Shown one piece after another: positions 17,870 through 27,255 of a stretch of 64,000 nt of DNA. Numbering within the stretch: position 1 is the stretch's first letter; the number at the start of each line of letters is the position of its first letter. This DNA comes from Spirochaetaceae bacterium (GTDB taxonomy: Bacteria > Spirochaetota > Spirochaetia > DSM-2461): contig JAOPTT010000002.1 of the NCBI GenBank assembly GCA_051531975.1, forward strand, positions 281,968 through 345,967, given 5' to 3'. The notes beneath the pieces were generated by a model, which saw only the letters and a program-made list of their open reading frames with translations, searched no databases and was not told the DNA's origin. Position numbers and translations under genes: made by a program.

Positions 17870-20734
17870 TTAAGTAAAAAGTTCCTTTTTAATAACTTCA
17901 ATATTTACACTTAACTGGTCAGCTTCTGGGTGTTCAAAATAGTCTTTTAACATTATTTTGGTTTTATCTGCCATAGAGTTCCAAATATGAATTCTTTCAG
18001 CTTTATTCATGTTAATTAATGTTGCAGTTAATACCCGAAGCAGACTATTTACAAAACCTGCCGTTTTCATAGAGAGTTTGTTTTCACGACTGAAATTAAA
18101 GTCCTCGTTAATTTCAGAAAAAATAATATCTCTAAGTAGTAGATTCCACTCTCTTGTTGTCCACTCACCTTCTTCTTCTAATAAGATCCTTTTAATTCTA
18201 GGTTCGAACTCTGGCATTATATATTTATTTAGTATATCTAAATCAAAGTCCTCTTTTCTTATTACTTCTGCTTCGTATAAAAATCTTTCATATAAGTTTC
18301 TTAACCACTCAAAGTATGATGCAGTAACACCAGCTCCATTTGCTAAGAAGTCATATATTACTACTTTCTGATCATCACTTAAAATCTGCTCAGCCTTTGA
18401 TGTACAAGGACCATTTGATCCACATGCAACAACTTTAGCTTTTATATCTTTTGCATTTTTTTGTGTTATAGCATTTTCTAAAGCTGCAGGAATTAAAATA
18501 TCACAGTCAGCTTCTAACATCATAGAACCTTCTCTTGCACCCTTAACCTGTTTTTCAACACCATTTTTACACTCAATAATAGTTTTAGTAGGTCCATTAA
18601 CAGCTGCTAACATCTCATTTAAATCTAGATTATCACCTAATATAGCACCACCAGCATCTGCAACAGCAACAATGTTTACACCGTATTTACTTAACTCACT
18701 CATGATAGAACTTCCAACTTTACCAGAACCTTGAACAGCAACTCTTTTACCACCAAAAAGTTTTGGGTAGATTACAGTTTCTAAAGTTTTCCACTCCGGA
18801 TTATCAATAATAGGAGAAGCTCCAGAATTAATCAGAGTACTCTCTTTAATACTGCTAACTGTTTTTAGTAAAGCATCTTCATCATCTGTTAATGGTGTAG
18901 CAACATCCCACTCCCCTAAAAGATATAGGTTTGTAACTGTTTGTAAAATACTATAACAAAGACCTCGACCTGTAGCTCCTGTTCTCGCATTTATACCCAT
19001 TTTAGGTTTACCAGTAATTTGGGCTGCTGTAACTAAATTAAGGTATTCCTCTTTTGTAGATAACTCTTTTAAAATTTCTTTATCTAGGTAATCAATATCA
19101 AAGTTTTCATACAAAATACGTCTAGCTTCGTCTACTGAAATTATTTTATTTCCAATTAAAGCAACACCTTTTTTGATACCATATGCTAATAAGGCTAAGT
19201 CTCTTAAAGCAGACTTAAAACCTTCAAATAAGTGTCCAATCTCTACAGCTCCACAACCAACATCTCCAGCAGGAACATCTTTAGCTGGCCCTGTAACACA
19301 AAAAATAGACCGCCCAAAGTTAGACAAAGTATCAAAGAAATCGATTTTATTATCTGAGAATTCTCTTGGATTAATTTTTAATCCACCCTTACCACCACCA
19401 AATAGGATTTTAGATCTGGCACACTTCCATGTCATCATAAAACTAAGTGCTGCAACTTCATCGTATCTAACAATAGAGTCAATTCTAAGACCACCTTTAC
19501 TTGGACCCCTAGCAGTATTATGTTTAGCTCTAAAACCTGGTTTATTACTTACTCTGTTCTCTTCTCTACATGATACAAAAAACTCATCTAATGCCTCATA
19601 ACCTAACAGATGGGAAAGAACTTCTAAATTATCTGCTAAGCCAGCAAACTCTGCCCCTTTAAAAAAGTCTGAAACAGAATTTAGGTAGAAGTTATTATAT
19701 TCTCCTTCCACATTAAGGTCGCTATTCTCTTTACATAAAGCAATTAAATTTTCTACAGCATCCTTAAAACCTTGTTCTTTAAAATCTAGTGTAGTTAATG
19801 AACGTATAATGCTATCAACTCTCTCTTTAAAGTCCCCAGCAGATTTATCCTTTTTTTCACTTTCAATACTAGTAGAAGAAATTGCAGAAACTACAGAATC
19901 AAGGTCCATATTAGAGTCGACATAGATAGAAACTATTCCTACCGGAGTATCTCCTTCTATTAGTTCGTAATAAACTCTATTTGAACTAATCTCATATTTC
20001 TCTAATACTTTTAAAATATCAGTCACCCAATATTTAGTTGGATTTTTATACGAGATTGCTAACCTTTTTTCATCAGCATCAACTTTTGTATCACCAATTT
20101 TTTTTGCTGCAAAATCCACAGAAACATACATTTTATCAGCAATCATAGCTTCTTCATAATATGCCATGTGTCTGAACAATCTTACAGATGGAGAGTGGGC
20201 CGTCACCTCTTCGCTTAAGTAATCTAGTTGGATATTATTAAGAAATTCTCTTCCATATTTATATCCTTTCTCATTAGAGTGTTTTTCACTAGTTTTAAGC
20301 ATAGATTTAATATGTTTCCAAAGGTTCTCTGGAACTTTAAAATCACTTCGCCCTCTTTTAGTAATAGATACAATTGAAACACCACTTTGAGTATATTCAG
20401 AATCAAAAGAACCTATATCCATATCAAGATTCTCTTCTATTAATCTTTCTAAACGACCAGGAGTATTTCGTCCTACATTTAAAAAATATGTTATAGTTTT
20501 ACCATCATCATCAACATCTTCTAAATATCTACTATTTGCATTTAGAAGTTGTGTATATAAAAATATGTGCCTTGCAATTGTCTGGGAAGTATTACTATAA
20601 AAATACCACCTAGGCATATAACCTTCTTTAAAAAATATATCTAAAACCTTTTCCGAGGTACTAATATCCATTTTATAGTTATTTTCAATAAGTAAACCAA
20701 CTGTAGCTCGTAACTCTCTTAAAATCATGTACAT
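17870..20734 (-). CDS. Large Glu/Leu/Phe/Val dehydrogenase (probably glutamate dehydrogenase) with long N-terminal extension
   Basis: GPSKGGLR, MTWKC, GGGKGG, PAGDVG, ITGKP, ATGRG, VQGSGKVG, PAALENAIT, GSNGP, DFLANGAGVTASYFEW. Confidence 0.85.
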   Translation of the reverse strand: MYMILRELRATVGLLIENNYKMDISTSEKVLDIFFKEGYMPRWYFYSNTSQTIARHIFLYTQLLNANSRYLEDVDDDGKTITYFLNVGRNTPGRLERLIEENLDMDIGSFDSEYTQSGVSIVSITKRGRSDFKVPENLWKHIKSMLKTSEKHSNEKGYKYGREFLNNIQLDYLSEEVTAHSPSVRLFRHMAYYEEAMIADKMYVSVDFAAKKIGDTKVDADEKRLAISYKNPTKYWVTDILKVLEKYEISSNRVYYELIEGDTPVGIVSIYVDSNMDLDSVVSAISSTSIESEKKDKSAGDFKERVDSIIRSLTTLDFKEQGFKDAVENLIALCKENSDLNVEGEYNNFYLNSVSDFFKGAEFAGLADNLEVLSHLLGYEALDEFFVSCREENRVSNKPGFRAKHNTARGPSKGGLRIDSIVRYDEVAALSFMMTWKCARSKILFGGGKGGLKINPREFSDNKIDFFDTLSNFGRSIFCVTGPAKDVPAGDVGCGAVEIGHLFEGFKSALRDLALLAYGIKKGVALIGNKIISVDEARRILYENFDIDYLDKEILKELSTKEEYLNLVTAAQITGKPKMGINARTGATGRGLCYSILQTVTNLYLLGEWDVATPLTDDEDALLKTVSSIKESTLINSGASPIIDNPEWKTLETVIYPKLFGGKRVAVQGSGKVGSSIMSELSKYGVNIVAVADAGGAILGDNLDLNEMLAAVNGPTKTIIECKNGVEKQVKGAREGSMMLEADCDILIPAALENAITQKNAKDIKAKVVACGSNGPCTSKAEQILSDDQKVVIYDFLANGAGVTASYFEWLRNLYERFLYEAEVIRKEDFDLDILNKYIMPEFEPRIKRILLEEEGEWTTREWNLLLRDIIFSEINEDFNFSRENKLSMKTAGFVNSLLRVLTATLINMNKAERIHIWNSMADKTKIMLKDYFEHPEADQLSVNIEVIKKELFT

Positions 20735-20787
20735 CTCCTTATTATTGGTTAAAGTGTAATCCTAAAAGTCACTAACGTAAAATCAAT

Positions 20788-20816
20788 TTGCTTTTTTTTT
20801 ACGATAAATGTAATAT
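20788..20816 (+). promoter_or_regulatory. Promoter abutting start codon (leaderless candidate)
   Basis: TTGCTT-17bp-TAATAT, 5 nt before ATG 20822, no SD. Confidence 0.5.
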
Positions 20817-20821
20817 TAGCC

Positions 20822-21166
20822 ATGGAAACAGCTTTTTTATTACTTTCAGGCCTATTATTACTAAGCCATTCAATTTATTTTTTAAGACCTTATATTTTAA
20901 GAAAAAAAGGTTTCAGGCCTCAGAAAGTTGATCATGTTGTCAGAAAATCAGCTACAGTTCTTCTACTTCCAACAGTTATATTTGGTACAATAGTCCTGAG
21001 TTCAATCATTTCAACTTTATTCATCTGGTTACCAATAATCTTAATTGTATTCTCTCAATTTAAAAGATCGTGGTTCAAAAAAAATCCATATGTTTTACCA
21101 ATTACCAACTTCGGACTTATATTTTTAATAACACTGCTAGCTATCAAAGAGTTATTATGGCTCTAA
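20822..21166 (+). CDS. Hypothetical small membrane protein (3-4 TM)
   Basis: Hydrophobic segments; overlaps start of NFACT gene. Confidence 0.6.
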   Translation: METAFLLLSGLLLLSHSIYFLRPYILRKKGFRPQKVDHVVRKSATVLLLPTVIFGTIVLSSIISTLFIWLPIILIVFSQFKRSWFKKNPYVLPITNFGLIFLITLLAIKELLWL

Positions 21167-22479
21167 ATTATATTGAAATTGATAAAGTTATAGATGAATT
21201 ATCATTAGAGGGTAGTGAGTTACAAAATGTAAAAGCCGCCAGTTATGAATCTTTTACATTCTTTTTCTACAAACCTAATCATCCTATAAATGTATTAATA
21301 TCCCTAGATAAATATTGTAGAATTCATAGACAAACATTAAAAACTAATTATCTAGGAAAAACACATAACCTTGTGGAATATTTAAAAGCCTATGTCACAG
21401 GTGGAAAGGTAATAAAATGTACCCAATTAAACAACAATAGATTAATACAGTTACAAATAGAAAAGCCAGATGAACACTATTACATTTTTATTAGATTATG
21501 GGGAGGATTTTCAAATATAATTATTACTGATCCAAACTATAAAATACTTCACCTACATAAAAAAAGCTCTAAAAAAGCTGAACTACCCGGGGAGATATTC
21601 AAAATACCTCCACCTAAAAAAAATGAAACAAAAGAGTACAAATTAAAAGAATATTCAGGCACAGATTATAATTTATTTATTGAGAAAAGCTATATAAAAG
21701 AGATATCAGAGACCAATGAATCCAAAAAACAAGAACAAACTGAAACATATAAAGTTAAACGTTTAAAAGAGATAAACAAGCAGCTAAAAAGTTTAGAAAA
21801 AAGATACAAGTCTTATAAAAAATCTAATATCTATAAACTTTATGGAGATCTAATTCTTAGCAATATACATCTTATAAAAAAAGGTTCTACTATATTACAA
21901 ACAGAGGATTATAGCGGTCATCCACTGGAAATAACTCTAGACCCAGAGATAAGTCCAGCTAAAAATAGCCAAAGCTATTACAAAAAACATCAAAAAGCAG
22001 AGTCAGGCTTAGAAATAACTGAAGAAATGATTAAGAAACTGCAAATAGAAAAAGAAAATATAGATGACAATGTTAATATATTAGAACAACCAATAGTTAA
22101 GCAAAAACCAAAAAGCCAGATAGGATTAAATTACACAATAAAAGAATGGGATTTTCTAGTTGGTAGAAATGCTAAAGAAAACGACAAGCTTTTAAGAAAC
22201 AGTGTCAAAGGTAATGATATGTGGTTTCATGTTCGAGACTATCCTGGAGGTTATGTTTTTATAAAGAACCAAAAAGGTAAAACTATTCCACTAGAGATAA
22301 TAGAAGAAGCAGGAAAACTAGCTCTATTTTATAGTAAAGGGAAAAGTAATGGAAAAGCTGATATTACCTATACTCAAGTAAAACATCTACGCCGGGTAAA
22401 AAAAGGAAAACTGGGTCAAGTAATAGTAACTATGGATAAAAATATCTATGTAACACTTAATAAAAATATATTATACTAA
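21157..22479 (+). CDS. NFACT-family protein (RqcH/FbpA-like ribosome quality control factor)
   Basis: RLWGGFSNIII, ITLDPEISPAKNSQSYYKKHQK, VGRNAKENDKL, WFHVRDYPGGYV, YTQVKHLRR; start MALNYIEID at 21157. Confidence 0.85.
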   Translation: MALNYIEIDKVIDELSLEGSELQNVKAASYESFTFFFYKPNHPINVLISLDKYCRIHRQTLKTNYLGKTHNLVEYLKAYVTGGKVIKCTQLNNNRLIQLQIEKPDEHYYIFIRLWGGFSNIIITDPNYKILHLHKKSSKKAELPGEIFKIPPPKKNETKEYKLKEYSGTDYNLFIEKSYIKEISETNESKKQEQTETYKVKRLKEINKQLKSLEKRYKSYKKSNIYKLYGDLILSNIHLIKKGSTILQTEDYSGHPLEITLDPEISPAKNSQSYYKKHQKAESGLEITEEMIKKLQIEKENIDDNVNILEQPIVKQKPKSQIGLNYTIKEWDFLVGRNAKENDKLLRNSVKGNDMWFHVRDYPGGYVFIKNQKGKTIPLEIIEEAGKLALFYSKGKSNGKADITYTQVKHLRRVKKGKLGQVIVTMDKNIYVTLNKNILY

Positions 22480-22484
22480 TTTTC

Positions 22485-23294
22485 ATGAAAGAGATGATTA
22501 AGGTTAGACAACCTATTGTAGAAGGACTTTTCTATCCATCAGACCCAAAACAACTTACTGATAAAATAAACTTATTATTAGAATCTAATAAAACAGAACA
22601 GCAAAATGGATCAACAATAATAATTCCCCACGGTGGCTGGGACTATACTGGAGACTATATAGCCACAGGGTTAAATAGTATAACTCAAAAACAGTATAAG
22701 AAGGTTATTATAATATCAAATGTTCACAGAGAATTATCAAATACAATTACCCTCCCTGAGGCTGAATATTTCTTAATTGCTGGTAAAAAAATAAAAGTTG
22801 ATCTGAATGATATTAAAAAGATAAAAAAAATAGGTAAGAAGGTAAATATCTCGAATATACAACATATGGAAGAGCATGGGATTGAGACAATATTACCATT
22901 TATAAATCATCTATATCCAGAAGCAAAAATTGTACCTATTCTTTTAGGAAAAACAATAGTATCTTTAGTTCGTAATCTTTCAAATATAATAACTGAAATA
23001 AAAGACCGGGATACATTATTAATTATATCATCTAATTTTAGTGGCTATGAAAAAGAGCAAGTATCCCTGGATATTGGTAAACTAGGAATAGAACTAACAA
23101 CAAATGGTAAAATGGCTGACTTAGTTGAATTAACTAGGACAAATAAACTAAAAACTTGTGGAGCTGGGGCAATTTCTTCCGCTTTATTATTGGCTGATTA
23201 CAAAAATATTGAAGTATTAAAAGAAGGGTTAACCGAGCAGTCATCTCTATCAGGTGGTAAAGCTACATATTATGGAACCCTTATTTTTAGATAA
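22485..23294 (+). CDS. MEMO1-family protein (AmmeMemoRadiSam system protein B-like)
   Basis: VRQPIVEGLFYP, IPHGGWDYTG, EEHGIETILPF, IVPILLG, TCGAGAI. Confidence 0.8.
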   Translation: MKEMIKVRQPIVEGLFYPSDPKQLTDKINLLLESNKTEQQNGSTIIIPHGGWDYTGDYIATGLNSITQKQYKKVIIISNVHRELSNTITLPEAEYFLIAGKKIKVDLNDIKKIKKIGKKVNISNIQHMEEHGIETILPFINHLYPEAKIVPILLGKTIVSLVRNLSNIITEIKDRDTLLIISSNFSGYEKEQVSLDIGKLGIELTTNGKMADLVELTRTNKLKTCGAGAISSALLLADYKNIEVLKEGLTEQSSLSGGKATYYGTLIFR

Positions 23295-23306
23295 CAAGGA
23301 GCAATA

Positions 23307-24710
23307 ATGACTATAAAAAAAGAGCTAGGAAGCTGTGTGATTCTAAATATAGAAAACAATGAGACACTAGGTTTAAATACAGGATTAACAGATAAAAGTA
23401 CAAATGGAACGAACTTTTCAGATATTAGAAGAGATTTTGGTTATATCCTAAATGGAACCAAGTTAGAAAAGTTTAATCTGCCTGAAATAACTGAAATTGA
23501 CGGAAAACTTGTTATCTTCTCAAAAACTTTAAACTGTGGTATCGAACCTTTTTTTACAAAAAACAACTCTATTTCTGAGATAAAAGAGTTAGTGAACTTT
23601 ATTGAAATCCTTGAAGAAAACAGTATTAATTTAAAGAACTTTGCTAGAAACCTATTTTACAAAACTTCAGATGGTCATATTTTAATGATGCCCCTAACAG
23701 TTATCGAGTTTTTAAATGATCGGAAATCTCTTAATAAAAAAGAGTCTGAAGTTTCAAAATATCTACACCCAAGTCTATCTGGAGAACAATCAATCTTATA
23801 CTCAATAGGTATACTTTTATTTGAACAATTAACAGGAATTTATCCAATCGAATACAACAGTGTAGAAGATTTAAGAGATAAGATGCGTAGAAAAATTCTA
23901 CTTAAGCCACGTTGGGAGAATATAAAATTATCGGATAAAACTTGTGAACTAATAGAGAATCTATTAAATCCACCAGAAGAAGATAGTATAACAATAAAAC
24001 AGTGTAGTCTTGAATTAGCAGAAATAAAAACAGAAGGTTTTGTTAGGGAGCAGAACGATACCACAGAAGAAGAAACTGTAAACCTAAAAAACAGAACATG
24101 GTTCCTAAAAAAAGAGAGTTTTAGAGCCTGGATAATTAAACATCGAGGTAGAATTATAATCTTAGGATCAATAATTGGAATTTTAGGTTCTTTTTTTGGG
24201 ACTATTATTTATGGTGCATTACAACCTCCTCAGACTTCGGGTTTCACTCCAGAACAAGTTGTTGAATCATATTTTACTAGTTTCCAAAACTTAGATACAG
24301 AACTGTTATCAGATACAAAAAAAGATAATGTGCGTAAAAGTGACGACAACGAATTATCAACTCTATATGTTACAACTAAAATGAGAACCTCCCAGGGTGG
24401 AGCATCTCCAAATTCTCCTGACCTTGGAATGTATACCCCTACAGAGTGGTTAGAGTTTTCTGATGAAAAAAAGAGTGATGTTGATGTATATGGAATCTAC
24501 AATCTTAAAATTACAACAATAAATAGTTTAGAATTTAATGTTACATACGAGAAGTGGTTTTCACAAGCTGACAACCAGGATTTAGAGCATGTAGTAATGT
24601 CTAAATATAAATTAGTTAGGGAAGAGATTTTCATATTAGAAGAGACAAAATACTCTTACCAAATAAATGAAATAAAAATCATATCTGAAACCGAAGAAAA
24701 AGTATGGTAG
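23307..24710 (+). CDS. Bitopic membrane protein with degenerate protein-kinase-like C-lobe
   Basis: YLHPSL...SILYSIGILLFEQLTGIYP...LIENLL resembles kinase subdomains VIII-XI; no HRD/DFG visible; one TM near aa 285-305. Confidence 0.5.
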   Translation: MTIKKELGSCVILNIENNETLGLNTGLTDKSTNGTNFSDIRRDFGYILNGTKLEKFNLPEITEIDGKLVIFSKTLNCGIEPFFTKNNSISEIKELVNFIEILEENSINLKNFARNLFYKTSDGHILMMPLTVIEFLNDRKSLNKKESEVSKYLHPSLSGEQSILYSIGILLFEQLTGIYPIEYNSVEDLRDKMRRKILLKPRWENIKLSDKTCELIENLLNPPEEDSITIKQCSLELAEIKTEGFVREQNDTTEEETVNLKNRTWFLKKESFRAWIIKHRGRIIILGSIIGILGSFFGTIIYGALQPPQTSGFTPEQVVESYFTSFQNLDTELLSDTKKDNVRKSDDNELSTLYVTTKMRTSQGGASPNSPDLGMYTPTEWLEFSDEKKSDVDVYGIYNLKITTINSLEFNVTYEKWFSQADNQDLEHVVMSKYKLVREEIFILEETKYSYQINEIKIISETEEKVW

Positions 24711-26065
24711 AAACATTTAAAGATAAAAAAATAACTATTATGGGTCTTGGTCTTCACGGTGGAGGTTTAGCATCAGCCCTATTTTTTTTAAATGAAGGCG
24801 CTAAATTAACTATAACAGATTTAAGATCAGAAGAGATATTAAAACCTACTATAAAGCAATTAGAGAAATACAATATTAAATATACTTTGGGATGTCATTT
24901 GGACCAGGATTTTACAGATGCTGACATTGTTATCAAAAACCCAGGAGTACCGTCATCATCTAAATATTTAAAACTAGCAAAAAGAATTGAAACAGACATT
25001 AGTATTTTTCTTAATATGACCAATGCTCCAATTATTGCAGTTACAGGTAGTAAAGGAAAATCCAGTACAGTTTCAGCTATAGATTTTGTGCTTAAAAAGT
25101 TTAACCCAAAAACTAAACTTGGTGGAAATATTACTGTATCTCCCCTTACTTTTGTACAAGATGTAGATTCAGAGACTCCAGTAATATTAGAACTCTCCTC
25201 TTGGCAATTAGCTGATATTCAGGGAAAAGGTTGTCTAAAAGCTGAAATAGCAACAGTAACAAATATAATGAACGATCATCAAAATGCCTATGACTGCCTA
25301 GATGATTATGCTGCTGATAAGGCTGTAATTTTTCAAAACTTAGATGGCATTGCTATTTTAAACTATGATGATAGTTACTCAAAGTTTTTTAGATCAAAAC
25401 TAATACAAGAACCACTATATATCGCTAACTGTTTAAAACCAAAAACTTTTAATGGTGCATTTTTAGATGACCAAAAACAAGGTTGGGTCCAGATAGAGGG
25501 AAAACAAGAGTTAATACTTAAGAGAGAGTTATCACTTAAAGGTGATCACCAAAGAACAAACCTACTATTAGCAGGACTTATACTCTATAAGTTTGGCGTA
25601 CCTACTGCTTTAATAAAAGATGAACTTGCGAAATTCAGAGGAATAGCCCACCGTATGGAACTCTTTCACCAAAAAGATGGTGTTAAATATTACAACGATT
25701 CGGCTGCAACTATACCTGAGGCAGTAGTAGCTGCAGTTAAAAGTTTTACAGATCCAGTAAGATTAATTTCTGGGGGAACAGATAAAGAGCTTGAATTTAG
25801 TTCTATAAAAGAAGTTTTTAAAAGACCAGAGACAATTCACCTATTAAAGGGAACTGGAACAGATAAAATGATAAAGGTACTTAAAGAGCAGGGTATAAAT
25901 TATTTTGGTCCCTACTCATCTCTAAAAGAGTTAATATTAGACCTGATTCCAACGCTAAAAATTGGGGACAATGTACTGTTTTCCCCAGGTGCTACATCAT
26001 TTGGAATGTTTAATAATGAATTTGATAGAGGGAATCAGTTTAAAGATATTATTTCTAATATTTGA
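24704..26065 (+). CDS. murD: UDP-N-acetylmuramoyl-L-alanine:D-glutamate ligase
   Basis: MGLGLHGGG, KNPGVP, AVTGSKGKSST, ELSSWQL, HRME, YNDSAAT, SPGATSFGMFNNEFDRG. Confidence 0.93.
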   Translation: MVETFKDKKITIMGLGLHGGGLASALFFLNEGAKLTITDLRSEEILKPTIKQLEKYNIKYTLGCHLDQDFTDADIVIKNPGVPSSSKYLKLAKRIETDISIFLNMTNAPIIAVTGSKGKSSTVSAIDFVLKKFNPKTKLGGNITVSPLTFVQDVDSETPVILELSSWQLADIQGKGCLKAEIATVTNIMNDHQNAYDCLDDYAADKAVIFQNLDGIAILNYDDSYSKFFRSKLIQEPLYIANCLKPKTFNGAFLDDQKQGWVQIEGKQELILKRELSLKGDHQRTNLLLAGLILYKFGVPTALIKDELAKFRGIAHRMELFHQKDGVKYYNDSAATIPEAVVAAVKSFTDPVRLISGGTDKELEFSSIKEVFKRPETIHLLKGTGTDKMIKVLKEQGINYFGPYSSLKELILDLIPTLKIGDNVLFSPGATSFGMFNNEFDRGNQFKDIISNI

Positions 26066-26964
26066 TCTAAAGATTTAGCCCGTTTAACTGCTGTTATATT
26101 CTCTATAGAGTCATCATAGAATGCTGCAATGTAAATTAGTGTAGCTTTGACTCTATTTGAAGCTATCCCCTGTTTTACATAACTATCTTTTAATTTCATA
26201 TCAAAATACTTAATAAATTCCACAACTTTCTTTTTTCTTTGTTCAGCCGTTGGAATTATGCCTGTTTTTATTATAGAAGGTAAAAATGGGTCCCTTAAGA
26301 CACCTCTTCCTAACATCCACGAGCTGACGTTTTCATACTTATCTTTTAAGCGGTTAAAACCGTCTACAGTATATATATCTCCATTATAACTAACAGGATT
26401 AGATGAGTTATTATAGATATAATCAAATGCATCCATATCTGGGATACCATTGTACAGTTGTCTTGCAAACCTAGGGTGTACAATAACTTCTTTTAATGGG
26501 TAATTATTTAATATATCTAGAAGTGGGTGTACTAAAGAACTATCAGTAATTCCAGTTCTTATTTTAACTGTAAAATCCCCTCTAATTTTACCAGCAACCG
26601 AGTCTAAAATTTTTTTTACATTATCAAGATTATTTAAAAGACCTGATCCTCTCCCTTTTTTATATATTGCTGGTGCTGGGCAACCCATATTTAGATTAAA
26701 TTCAGTGATACCTAAGTCAGCCATTAATTCAGATGCATATATTATTGTCTCTGGATCTTTTGCTAAAAACTGAGGTACAACCTGGATATTAGAACCTATT
26801 TCTGGTAAAAATTTTGGGAAGTAGCTCTTTTTAGCTCTATTATGCTCAGATAGCAGTAAAAACGGGGTAACAACCTTATCGATACCAGAGAAGTACTCAA
26901 AATAACAACTCCTCCATAAAGGGTCGGTATATCCCTTTATTGGAGCTAAAACTAAATTATCCAT
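26035..26964 (-). CDS. tRNA-dihydrouridine synthase family protein
   Basis: LAPIKGYTD, NLNMGCP, GSGLL, VKIRTG, VHPR, YNGDI, MLGRG. Confidence 0.88.
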   Translation of the reverse strand: MDNLVLAPIKGYTDPLWRSCYFEYFSGIDKVVTPFLLLSEHNRAKKSYFPKFLPEIGSNIQVVPQFLAKDPETIIYASELMADLGITEFNLNMGCPAPAIYKKGRGSGLLNNLDNVKKILDSVAGKIRGDFTVKIRTGITDSSLVHPLLDILNNYPLKEVIVHPRFARQLYNGIPDMDAFDYIYNNSSNPVSYNGDIYTVDGFNRLKDKYENVSSWMLGRGVLRDPFLPSIIKTGIIPTAEQRKKKVVEFIKYFDMKLKDSYVKQGIASNRVKATLIYIAAFYDDSIENITAVKRAKSLDQILEIISLN

Positions 26965-27245
26965 TAAACCTCAAAATCTACAACAGTACTACCGGTCACT
27001 GCAGCAACTATTATTGCTTTTAGCTCTAAATGTATAGGATTAATCTGGTAAGCTTCTAATGCAGCTTTATCTGAATGTGTCGATATTAAAACTAAATCAC
27101 TAGCGGCTGGAGAAGTATTAATATTTACTCCTGCTTCTATAGAAAGAAGTCCAGGTATTTTACCAGCTATTGCTTCAATTTCACCTTTTAATCTTGGAGC
27201 ATCATCCAACTCTTTTAACTTCCACATTACAACATGTTTTATCAT
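26964..27245 (-). CDS. Dabb family stress-responsive A/B barrel protein
   Basis: MIKHVVMWKLK...IPGLLSIEAG...ALEAYQINPIH...VDFE. Confidence 0.85.
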   Translation of the reverse strand: MIKHVVMWKLKELDDAPRLKGEIEAIAGKIPGLLSIEAGVNINTSPAASDLVLISTHSDKAALEAYQINPIHLELKAIIVAAVTGSTVVDFEV

Positions 27246-27255
27246 TATATCTCTC

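Noticed and set aside
21070..21156. ORF-track 5' extension of the NFACT gene and possible frameshift fusion with the upstream membrane ORF
   Set aside because: MALNY at 21157 is a more plausible start; a simple short overlap explains the arrangement
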